From contig BDGG01000005.1 of NCBI GenBank assembly GCA_001949185.1, forward strand, positions 2,407,249 to 2,471,248: a stretch of 64,000 nucleotides of DNA, written 5' to 3'. Below are positions 49,562-60,969 of the stretch, one piece after another; within the stretch, counting starts at the first letter, position 1, and every line of letters begins with the position of its first letter. The notes beneath the pieces were generated by a model, which did no database searches, was not told the DNA's origin, and worked only from the letters and a program-made list of their open reading frames with translations. The DNA comes from Ramazzottius varieornatus. Its lineage: Eukaryota > Animalia > Tardigrada. A program made the translations under genes and the position numbers.

Positions 49562-52206
49562 TATATGAATGGAAAGGTCATGGTGATTATACCAGTCACC
49601 TGAAATAGCCCGCATCTAAAAAAATTTCCCCCACGCTCTGGCACTAAGCCATTCGGCCCGCGACGTCACCCAACGGCAGACAGTGGGCCAAACGACAATC
49701 GTCCATTGAGAGCAGATGTTTACCTTTCCGGTGATACTGTTTGCCTCCTTTTTTTTGGAGAAAGTACCTCTGCCTTCAGCTGTTGTTTCAAACACCAAAT
49801 TCTGCCTCTTATTTTCGCGGCTGGTTTCACTGTGCTTATCTGACCTTCTGACTTCGTCAATTTTATGCAACTCTTGGATTGGGTTTCGACCAAAACTTTC
49901 AGTCGGCTAATTTTGTTGTTGTTGCTTATTAGTTCAAAGTCTCAGTCTACCCAGAACGAACGTCTGCAGCGACTGCGACTGTGGTACTTGGTAAACTCTC
50001 GGCAAGCCGCCCGTGCAAAGCCAGAGCCTTCTCGGGATGCAGAAAAATGGTACCGGAAGCGGAGGTTTTCGAGAAATCCAGCACCTTACAGTCTTGAGTT
50101 TCTTAATCATCTCATGATCGTGTGGTTTCGTACAGCTATATTTCAGTAAGTTCGTTCATAAATCAGTGCAGGGAGGTATCTATTGGCCACGCGCGGTGTC
50201 AAGCTGAAGTTGGCCACGATGAAGGTAACACAGCTAACGCCGAAGACCACGCGGTATCCCGCAAACAAGTAAACTTGCTACCACTCATAACACTGAGTTG
50301 TTCTCGACTCAATTGTTTTCCAACTTCCATACTATATTTTCTTGGTTCAGTATCCTATTTACTATCTCACATAAAATTATTGGCCGGATATCTGTTCACA
50401 GGAAGTCGGAATCGACGCAAAACTGGAAAAGGTGCGAAGTGAAAAAACTCACAACTTTCGGAGTTTTCACGATCATTTTGAAAAATTATTTTCCAGTATG
50501 TGACTGAGCTCCTGAAGTTTTGTTGTTGACAATAATTAGAACTGAGTCTGAGCTACCCAAGAAGGGGTCGGAAACGTGAATGTGCCGTTCAGAACCATAG
50601 CTAGAGTTCTCGGCAGAAAACCGTTTTCCCGGCAAATGGCTAGATTTAATAGTTTTAATTCATTTGCCGAGCCAGTTGGGCAGTCCTGTGGCCTTTTTCA
50701 ATCTTTCCAGACTGCTCAGATACTTTTAGGCCTATCTATATCAAATCGGGGATCGCAACTCAAGCACATGATTCTGTAGACTGCGTTTTAGTCGCGGCGA
50801 CATGTCTTCCCCACCGGAAGTCATATCAGTCGACTGTTCAAAGCTATTTCTTGCTGTATCGTATCGAATTGTGGCTCATTCAATGCGGACTAAGCAACGG
50901 AAAAACAGTAATCTGAGTTTTTCGACGTCGAAGTTCGAGGTGGTAGCAAGTTGGCTGGGACAGGGTGTATTTCTAGGGGTAGAGATCCGTTTCATGAAAG
51001 TACCTTTCTGCATCACACATCGTACGGCTTGATGGTCTGATCCTGCTCCTGCGTATGATGACTTCGCCAAGTGTGTGAAGCATTATAGTAGTTCAGAGCT
51101 TGCTTATTGTAAGACTGGGGAATTTTATCAATGTTACATCAATAAAGTTTGCCAGTCTGAAAATAAGCAGTCTCCAAACAGGGTCGCGGATAGGCTCCTA
51201 TATGAAATTTCACAAGTCCATGACGTGCACCTGAAAGTCACACACAAATTTCACCGATGTAAAATTGGTGAAAATCCCTTGTCGATAAATAAGCAAGCTC
51301 TATACAGGCACGAATACTACCAGCCTCATTTTTGGCGTTGGGATCGCCCACAGAAAATAAAATAGAACTGGCTCTCTTCCCCAGGAGGATGAACAGGTAC
51401 AGTGGTGGCCCTAAACATTTTTAATTCTTTTCAGCAGTCAGAAATCCAAATGTCTGGCGGTTCCGGGTCGTCAGGTTGGGTTACATTGCACTAGAAAATT
51501 CCGTAACGGTTCCGCTTTGCTCCCCCAGCCGAGGCCACACATTTGAAATTGGACTGCCAAAAACAATTGAAATTGTTGGGGCCACCACTGAAGAGGTCGG
51601 ACAGGAAGCTGTATACGCGAACAGCCCTCATTCGGAAGTGTCAACGGAGCTTGTCCACCCAGAAATAGGAGCGTTTGTGCCTGACTTACTTCGTCATCCC
51701 GTAAGTGCTTGATTCCTCCAGTCAGCACAAGCTACCAAGAAGTCACGTATACGTTGCAATGGAAAAGCTGCCAAGCGGCATAATCAAATGTCTGTGCGAT
51801 GAATAAACGGAGGCATATCGGAAAGCTTCGCTGCAAGTTCGGACATCGCTAGCGGAGGGACTGAGGGCTGTTGCAGCAGCCCTTTCCGTATTCAGGACTA
51901 GGTAACTTACCTGATATGGTCTACCTTTCCCTGCACATCAATCTGTTCTAAAAAAACTGCGTTTGGGCTGATGCCTTTGATTGCACTGGGTTCGTATTTC
52001 TCTCGCGGATACTTGCGACACTGCTCAAGCTTCCTGGTTTCTCGTACGCGTTGAGTTATTCTTGGTATATTGCACCTGTGTATTGCACCAAAAGTTGAAA
52101 CTTTTGAAGCCGGACGTCAGTAGTCATTTAGCTGGTGGAAGGATGACACCTTTCAAACATCTCCTTATCAGACGGCGTAGCTTGCTGCTTGCTGCTTGGA
52201 CTTGTA

Positions 52207-52411
52207 GTACACGCACGACGAGAAATTATGGGCCAGTAAAGATTATGGGACCAGGCCTTTTCGCTACGGCGGTGCGGAAGCACGTACGTACGTGACAGAT
52301 TCATAGTAATGCACTTTTCGACACTTTTTACGTTTGAATTTCCATTTTGCCGTCTTTTCCGCCTGGTCCCATAACTTTTACTGGCCCCATAATTTCCCGT
52401 CGTGCGTGTAC
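52207..52411. mobile_element. MITE (TA-flanked), related to 22639-22857
   Basis: About 50-bp TIRs GTACACGCACGACGAGAAATTATGGGCCAGTAAA...GGACCAGG. Confidence 0.8.
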
Positions 52412-52540
52412 AGCGTTTTTGGCTTCGTGTGTGAGAAAAGTGTGGATGTTGCAGAGCAACACTTCAAGCTTCCTGCGGAGGCATAAAATTGTGGGCGAGA
52501 CCTCTGGCTTTCATCTGAGATCAGTCAGCTGCACGATGAA

Positions 52541-55500
52541 ATGGGAGATAAGGAAAACCAGGAAGTAGCTTTTCTTGTCCAGTTACTGCCAGACAACTAT
52601 GCGCCTTCGAAAGATTTCACTGGTATCTCGACACGTATCTACGAGCGTCGGAAAGCTTTCTTCGGCGATCAAAGTTCCCTTCTGTGTAAGGAGCTGGATA
52701 TTGTCGGAATCGAAATCGAAGAGAAGCTAACTTGTTGCCTTAAAACCCTGAATAATTTTATCGCGCTTAATGAGGCCGAACTGGACAAACTTGCCAGCGA
52801 CAGCGATCCTCGAGACAGGCCTGTCAATGAACAAGAAGCGTATGGGCAAGGAGCAAGATTCTCGTTGGCAGAGTTCGATGAATGTACGAAGAGGGCAAAA
52901 GAACTGATAAAGTGCCGACGCGACCTGATCGAACAGACTCAAGCCGTGGTCGAAAGCCTCGAGAACCATCGTGCGAAAGAAATCACGAAGTTATTCGATG
53001 TGTATGTTCCGAGAATTTTGGAAGGCTCTCACCTGCTGCAAGAAGATGCATGTCGTATTATGGAACAGGAAATGTTGGCCATCAACCAAGTTATCCTGCG
53101 GAACCGACGTGCGTACATTGCGTTGTTCGAGCAGCTGTCCGCTCAGGCAGCCTATCGAGAGAAAGCGTGTGTTGAGACATTCAAGTTGCACAAGTTGGAA
53201 TGGAAAGAGTTGGAAGTTCGGAGAGCGATTGAAAAGATGGGAGAAGCTCTGGAAAGCCACTGCAAGTTGGACCAGAGCCATGTTGATGCGTTGCTGGAGC
53301 CAACACGGAAATACCAGGAAGACCTAGCTTGGAAGAAGGCAGGCATAGTTGCCGAGTTAGAGAACTTGGTTCCACCTGCTGTAACTGTTAGCAAGTGCCG
53401 GAAGTGGGTCGAGGATATGGAAGCTGTGATATCGGAAATATACGACACCGCGCTGGAAGGTCCGTACAGGTATAACATTATCAAATTAGCTATAACGTAT
53501 TCTGTCTTTTTGTGGATCTGGATAGTGTATGAAGCTAGAGCGTGGGTTGCGATAGTTTGTCGTTAACAGCGCGTTGTACTGCGCACCGTCAAACTGTGCA
53601 AATGCGCAACGCGCGAGTTGATCAGATATGACGTGAACGTTCGGTCGCATTCGATTCTGCACGCAAAGGAACGAAGGAGAGAAACTTTCTCCGTTATTTT
53701 CTAGGCGTGTTGAAAGTGAGGAAGTACATCGAAGATCGGCATCTGAATTACTTCGATGAGGTGGTCAAGCTAGCTGATCTTTTGAAGAAGAATTTGCAGT
53801 TTTCGGGTGAGGATATCCGGTTCAGTTTCGCCGAGCCCTGCTTATTCATGTCCGCAAGCCGGCAAGCCCAGTTCGACAACGATCTGCAGTATTACACATG
53901 GGAACTCAACGTCAAGATGGATGAGGAAATCCGGGATGTTCAAAGTGTATTCGGGTTCTGTCATGGGGCGACATGGCACTGGGAGTTACATCTGACCAGC
54001 GTTGCCAAGGCCGAAACGTTTCTGGATGCCCAACTTGAAAAGCAGCGAACGTTACTCAAGACAATGTACGATGCGAAGACTGCACCGAAGCTGCGGACTA
54101 TCTTGGAGGCTCTTCGACGCGCCGGCACATCCGCTACGGTTGTCACCCAGCAGACAGCTGCAGGCAGTGCAGCAAAGGAAGTCGATGGTCAACTAAGGGA
54201 TTCGTGGAAGAAATCATTAACCTATTTCGGCTCTTACCCATCGATTGTCCGAGTTCTTATGAAGGTACAGCGCAACCAAGTAGCCGTGCTGTTACCCCGA
54301 CCAGCCTTGCTCGTTAACTTTGTTTGATCTGTGATCAAACGTATCGTAACAGATACGTAGAAACAACGTCAATTTACTTCACGCCCTCCATATTTCGAAC
54401 ACACCGGAACGGAATCGGCTAAATCCTGTTTCGTTAATCAGATGATCAGACTAATTGAAAATGGGTGTTGTCCAAAAGCTAATTTTTTCTCAACTTCTGA
54501 ATTCAAGAGTCATTGTTCTTGGATTGATACCAAGATGAGCAAAAAGCAGAGTTTTCATCCGGAATCTTTTTTTAGTATTTAGTTTGGTCTTTTGTTCAAG
54601 GCTTCCGTTGAAAGTGCAAGGTCCATCTTGTACTATTGAGCTCTCGCAAATAACATTAGCACAGCACTTTTTTTCCGCGGTGTATACTTCTTTAAAGTGC
54701 GAACTTACGTGCATAGTCATATGTACTTTTATATTACACAGGGGTACGAAGAACGACTGTGTGCTTACATGCAAGTATCCATGAAGAAGTCGATTGTCGC
54801 ACCTGCGATCGAACCCTTTTCTCCAAGCCAGCCGCCTCCACCGCCGAAGACTGATCTCAACTCGAAGCCGACTGGTCGGAAACTGCCGGATATCCCTGTC
54901 GACGGCGAAGAAAAAGCCTCGTTATTGTCGTTTGGCATTACCCCGGCCGACGAAGAAAATCTCGGTATCCGGATGAAAGGCCTACCAATTTTCCCCGATG
55001 ACCCACGGCCCAAGCCACTACCCGAAACACTGTCGACACCGTCTGGTGTCACGTTTGAGCCACGACCCAGCACCATCGAAGAATGCTTCCGGTTCGGAGT
55101 GTTCTCCCAAGCGCTACTCCCAAAAGGCCAGGCAGCTCCCCATACCGACTCGAATCAGACATTACTGATAGAAACTGCATCGCAAGCAGACATGACAAAA
55201 GACGTCAATGTTACCACATATGTACCGAAGAAACTAGGCTTGCTGAACCTAGACGCGTTGGTGGAAAGATCGAAGATGAGTTCAAAGCTGCTGGTCGAAG
55301 AAACAAAGCACGGTCTAACCAGGAAGTTCTTGATTCATTTGGCCGAACAATGGACCGCACTGCTGACGTCGAGTTCGAACAGTTTTCTCGAGACGAAGAA
55401 GGAAGCATTCGAGCTGGAGATGCAGACCAGACTACGCTGTTCAGCATTGCGCGTGACTGTGTTCGTGGAAGCTGTGGCTAGACAGCGACTGGAAGAACTC

Positions 55501-58500
55501 ACAGCGCATGAAGATGCGTACAAGGACATGGAGACCGCTGTAACCACCGCTATTGCTGAACTGAGGACTGCAGACCTGGCGGGCATCAACCAGAAACTAA
55601 ATGATAGGCTCACGGGAGTAAAGGATACTTTGGCTGTCATTGAGAAGGGACTCTTGAACGCCAGCCGGCAAGCACAGATTGATCAACTCAAAAAGCGAGC
55701 ACAGGTACTGCATGTTGGAGCTCGGCATGCAAGCAAACTAGACAGGGTTCTTTTCCAAGTTGCGCACGCTCTCGGTACTATCGACCGAAAGCGTGCACCG
55801 CTTGGAAAAGCTCGTTCGCCGAGCTCTCATAGGCGTCGTCGACATAAATTGTTTCGTCTGTCTGATATGAAATTTTACAGAACGAAAACGAACGTTTTAT
55901 GGAAACCGTGAAGACCATGCTATCACAGTTCCGGACGAAATATCCGGTCAAACTTCAGGCTTTACAGCAAAAAGTTCGTGAGATGTTAGCTTCGATCAAG
56001 GTAGGCATTCCACCGTGTAGTTGTGTATAAAAACATTCAGTCCTTCCTCCATCCGGCATCTTGTTGCCGTACAGATTATGAAATTTCGGTCTGTTTGAAG
56101 GGTAGATGTTTCAAGACGGAGGAAATTACAGTCCAGATGAGGCCAAGAAATTCGAGCAACTCTTCGGTAAGCTGATCGAGAAAACCGCGCAAGGAGAGAA
56201 GTCCTTCGGAACAGAGTGTCAACAGATCGAACTGAAGCGCAAGACGGCGGTCGACATGCTGGTCAACAAGAGTATGGAAAAGGTGCCGGCCCACGAAACG
56301 GACGTGGAAGCCGTCAGAGTCCTCACCGGTATCCTAGCCAGAGCTCAGGCCGAGATAAAGAAGCATGCTGCGTTGGTCAACACCGAATATGCAGATGTAA
56401 AAGGAAAGATGAACTACTTGAGGGGCGTACTCGCCGCGTTGAGACGGAACGTGACAACGGCTGAAATCGATGCGGATAACGTGCTGTTGAAGCTAACGGG
56501 GCTCCTTCAAGAGGTACGTGGGGCAAATCTGTCTTGGTATTCCAAACAGAGCTCCATAGCGCACTGGGAAAAAAAGAGGGGGGGGGGGTTGTGATTTATA
56601 TTTGGAAAGGCTCGGAGATGCAGAACTTCATATTGATACAAATGCTCGTAGAAAACAGGGCGTAGCCTTGACACCTCCATCACCGCAAGCGCCGTGTTAG
56701 TTCGAACAGGAAGGCGGCGTGTTACCGCAGTTATGAATTTATGACTTTCAGTCAAACCGAGCCGTGAAAATTTTGCTGATTTCATTACGAGGCACTGGCC
56801 CTCGAGTGGACACGGCAGATTTCGACATCGGTACAAAGAGAACTGCGCGCAGTGAAGCACGGTCTGTCGTGCTGTATTTAGTGATCAAGCCAAGTGATCG
56901 TAGTCAATCAATGTGACAACACGACGGCCAAGGGTCCACAGCAATGTCTAATCTGGAGATGTCTACTGCAGGGCCAGTGCCTCGTATCGTTTGCGCCCAC
57001 TTTTTTTCGTGTTACGAGTTCATGGTCTGTAGACGAGAGCATGCTGCGGTCAACTGGGCTGTATCGGCTCAACCTGGCCTGTTCCAGCGACTTCCTCCGT
57101 CCCAGAAACGCCAAAGTCTCCAACCGCAGCTCCTCGGAACATCGCTTCCGCCCAGTCAGCGCGAAGCGCCAAAGGCGCAAACCCACCACAACTGCCGCCC
57201 ACCGAACCTGCACTTGTTCGACAACCCACAGTTACTTCTTTTTTGCTCGGCAGTACACGCCGGTCGAAGATCGGCGCTCCCTTGAAGGCCCATCCGCCTG
57301 TGCCAACCGACTTCCAGCTGTCGACGTCCGACGGACCTGTTCCCTTAGTCCAACCGCGCATTCCAGTCCCAATGGACGGTCGACCGATCACTTCGTCCGC
57401 GCCAAAGACTGCACCATCTTCAGCAGTAGGTCTTAAAGGTAACGACTCACTGACAGAAAAGAAAGGAGCGAAGAGCCTGGAGAAGTACAACGTCTTCGGT
57501 GATACAGTCCTTCCTGGTGCAAGGACGTTTTTGGAGAGGGTCCATGTAGTGTGTTGGCAAGTATTGGACGAGAGTTTAACAGCTTCCAAAGCGTACCATC
57601 AAGCAAGAGGCACGAGACCGGTGACGAGACCGAATTTGATACCGAATTCACTGGAGGAAACGGTGGAAAGGCTCTGTAGGAAATTGCTGAACTACCTGAC
57701 TCAGTCGGAAGAGTTTGCGGCGCTCATGGCTGACCGGTACCGGGAGATGGCCAGCGGCTTGATGGACCTGATTGTTGACTTGGCACCGCTGATATTCCGG
57801 CATTTGCTGGGCAGGTTTTTTCAAGAACTAGTTTTAAAATCGAAGTTGATCAAGGACAAGTACGGCGACGACTGCAGGAGAATCTCCGATGCACGACAGG
57901 TGAAAACTGATTCATTCGGCGGTTCCCTTTTGAACAGTACTGTAGTATTTCCTATGATGTGGTCGATCACCGGTACCGGTCGGCCGATCAGGGCGAGGGG
58001 TGAATTCGCCACATCCCCTATGGCTATTTCACACAGTATGGACCAAACTGGTCTTTACCATAGAGGGCATTTTTGCAGGATATCGATGATCTGGGCATTC
58101 CAATTCAGCTCATCCGACAGAACGATATTCAAGAACTCCTAAAGTTTTTCGTGGCTTCTAACAAAGCTGATTGGTTAAATGAGCTACAGACCTTATCGGA
58201 AGACTTTCTTCGCAAGCTAAAGTCGGCCATCGAAAAGCTATTTGAAGCAGCGGACCTGTTGATTACATCCGAGGAGCTTCAAACACCAGTGGCGCCCCCT
58301 ACGTTGACCATTTGCGCGCAGTCACGACGGAGCGTGGTGTCTCCTGTCGACGATCCACGACGAAGTACGGTTGGGCAAACCTGGAAAGCTTTCGATATTA
58401 GCGGTATTGTGGAGCAACCGGACGAAACTCTATGTTTTTGCGATATTTCCTGCGAGAAGACTACCTTGGCTCACTTGGCGGTGGACGACGCAAGACACAG

Positions 58501-58669
58501 GATCTTCTCGGAATTTTTACAGCAGTTTGATATCAGAAAAGAAGAGACTGCTTTCTTCGATAGAGTGCCATATAAAAAACCAGAGGCCGAACAGAAAGAG
58601 TGTGTCGAAAGCCAGTTGAAGAGACTTGAGATTCTGGATAAGATACACAACGTAAAACAACGCATTTGA
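52541..58669 (+). CDS. CCDC180: Coiled-coil domain-containing protein 180-like, multi-exon (possible extra 5' exons at 51450-51900)
   Basis: Long coiled-coil exons with RIMEQEMLAINQVILRNRRAY, FQDGGNYSPDE, KYNVFG, and CEKTTLAHLAVDDAR near the C-terminus. Recognised from memory of the family. Confidence 0.72.
55757..55803. repeat. N27 palindrome unit (CCDC180 intron)
   Basis: AAGTTGCGCA-27nt-TGCACCGCTT with GAGCTCGGC..GCCGAGCTC outer arms. Confidence 0.85.
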
Positions 58670-58748
58670 AAATATACATGGCATCAATATTACAAAAGTC
58701 CTCATTGAATAAATGGTTGGTTCGGAGGATCGTAGGGGCGAAGAACAA

Positions 58749-59159
58749 TAAGGGCTTACAAAAATAGATTAAACCGCTGGTGCAATTACAACGCTGGTGT
58801 AATTGGTCCCACCCACGCCCTTGCGAGTTCTATTCATTCCACCAGACATTACACTTTCGGTGTAATTACGAGTCGCTCCGGAACGACTCGTAATTACACC
58901 AGATGCAACCAACATCCCGAGTGCTCCCCTCCAAACCTTCAAATGTCACTTCCGTGACGAAGTCTCTGGTGAGTGTATGGTGGTTCCTCCAACATCAAAG
59001 ATCTCATAATCCTCCGATCGTACTTACCTGCAGTGCGGGGCTCTCAAAACCAGCCGTTACACCGCTTTCCTAACTGGTCAAAAAAGTTTTCTGGGCCTAT
59101 CCACCAAACTAGCTGGTGTAATTACACCACCAAGCCAGCTTAGTCTTTGTATGCCCTTA
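58749..59159. mobile_element. Possible degenerate MITE with GGTGTAATTACACC-type repeats
   Basis: Short TIR TAAGGGCTTACAAA / TTTGTATGCCCTTA, 6/8 flanking match, internal palindrome at 58859-58900. Confidence 0.5.
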
Positions 59160-60969
59160 ATGAACGAATGTCTTGGCGCCAAATATCACGAAATCCCCGA
59201 GAGACTTTGTTAAAGGAAAAAGAAATAGACCCATCGCGTGCGAAACTGGCCGAGCTGTCGCGAGCCAGGAGCTTTGTTTCGTGGTCCCATCCCACTCCTG
59301 TAATACACCGGTACCTACTTATTGATTCTGACCCCTTCCCATCTCTTCTTGCATCGTATCACCTTTTCGTCAAAGCCTTCGCCGACTTAGTGCCAGCTCT
59401 TGCACTCCGCTTTTGAGATACGTCTCGGCTCGGGTCTCTAGTTTCTCTCGTCTGATATGAGCCAATATTGAACATAGTACAAGGGCTCTCAAGGCTATCG
59501 TACTCCTTCGGAATTTTGCGTATAACTAAAGGAAATGGCTATAGTCACCGTCTAAACCGCCTGAAAGGCCATTGTCATCGCCTTTACCACCCAATAGTCT
59601 AGAGTCACCGTCTTCGATAAATACCAAATTAATTGATCTGAAACCGTCTCATAGAAGAATTTCTTACCCTACAGTCCCCGCCTCGAAAAATATTTTGAAA
59701 TGTAACAAAAAATTACTATAAAAACGTTAAAAAGAAAAGTCTGACGGCAGATCGCACAGTGATAGTACCTAAAACCTAGAGTATCCCCCTGCTCGCCTGG
59801 AATGCGGAGTTACCCTATATACATCCTGACTCAGTAGTATACTTTGACACCCACAGCGCCATCTGTTCGAACGAACGACGAACTCGAGTCGCTGGCCAGA
59901 CTGGAGTCGCCTTTCCGGTGAGTAAAGACTTTTGATCAAAACATCCAGGTAGACAGGGAAGAAACTGGAGACTGGAATATGAGACCGTTTTTGCGGAAGT
60001 GTATCATTTTAAGCTGTGGTTTCGGCAACACAAATTTCGCCATGTTATCAATAGATCGTAGCTTCCGTGTGGCACTGGGTGTATGTACCCAGACAGCGGA
60101 GATGAAATGGTTGACTACGGTTCATTGGTGAAGGGCGGAAGTTGAAGAGGAGACCTTGCCCGCTCTTCAGTTTCAAGGCGATCTTTGAGGAACCAGATTC
60201 TTGAAGCCGCCTTATCTTTTCAGTCAGGTACTAGCACGGTAAAAGTACGCCAAGTAGCTGAATCATGACATTCCAGTGTCAACGCCGGCCTTTGTTTGCT
60301 CTCAAGTGATCGGAACCGATTACGTAATCATCAGTGGCAGTCTTGATAACATTTGCGAACCTGTATCTCAGTAGTACACGGTAGCTCGACCAAACTTCAA
60401 CCACGCGCTGTTCAGCTTTCTTCTCGTACACAGGTATCCGTCTAGCTCCGAGCAAGAAGAAAAAAAACCTATTTAGCTGCCCACCTTCTTCATCGATTAG
60501 TTTTTCTTTTTCGTCGGCCATATGGCGCCGTCAGAAGTCAGATGTATAACCTGTCGCACAGCGCTGATTTGCGCAGGTTGAATTTCACGAAGCGATCGAT
60601 CGGAAACCACGCAGCCGATTTCAGTTTTCGATCGCTGTGCGCTCTTCAGTATCTTTCACGGATCCTCTACGACGTACCATACGAAGCAGGTACTCGACTA
60701 TATCGATCAGCTTGTCTCCTCTACAGTGGTTTTACTGGTTCGTTTTACGCGGCGGTTGACTCGGCCATAACTTGCAAGTACATGTTTGTCTAACCACCCA
60801 TCCATGTGCTGGTTTTAACTTAGTGGCCACTATTGACTGGCGCTGCTGTGGCTAGTGGCCAGTGCTTTTAATTCTTGTTAACTGCAGGTTAATCGACTTT
60901 GGAAGGACAGTCAAAGTAGAGCACCATCCAGTGTCCATCGCTCGTGCTCGCTGCTCAATATAGCCTTTC

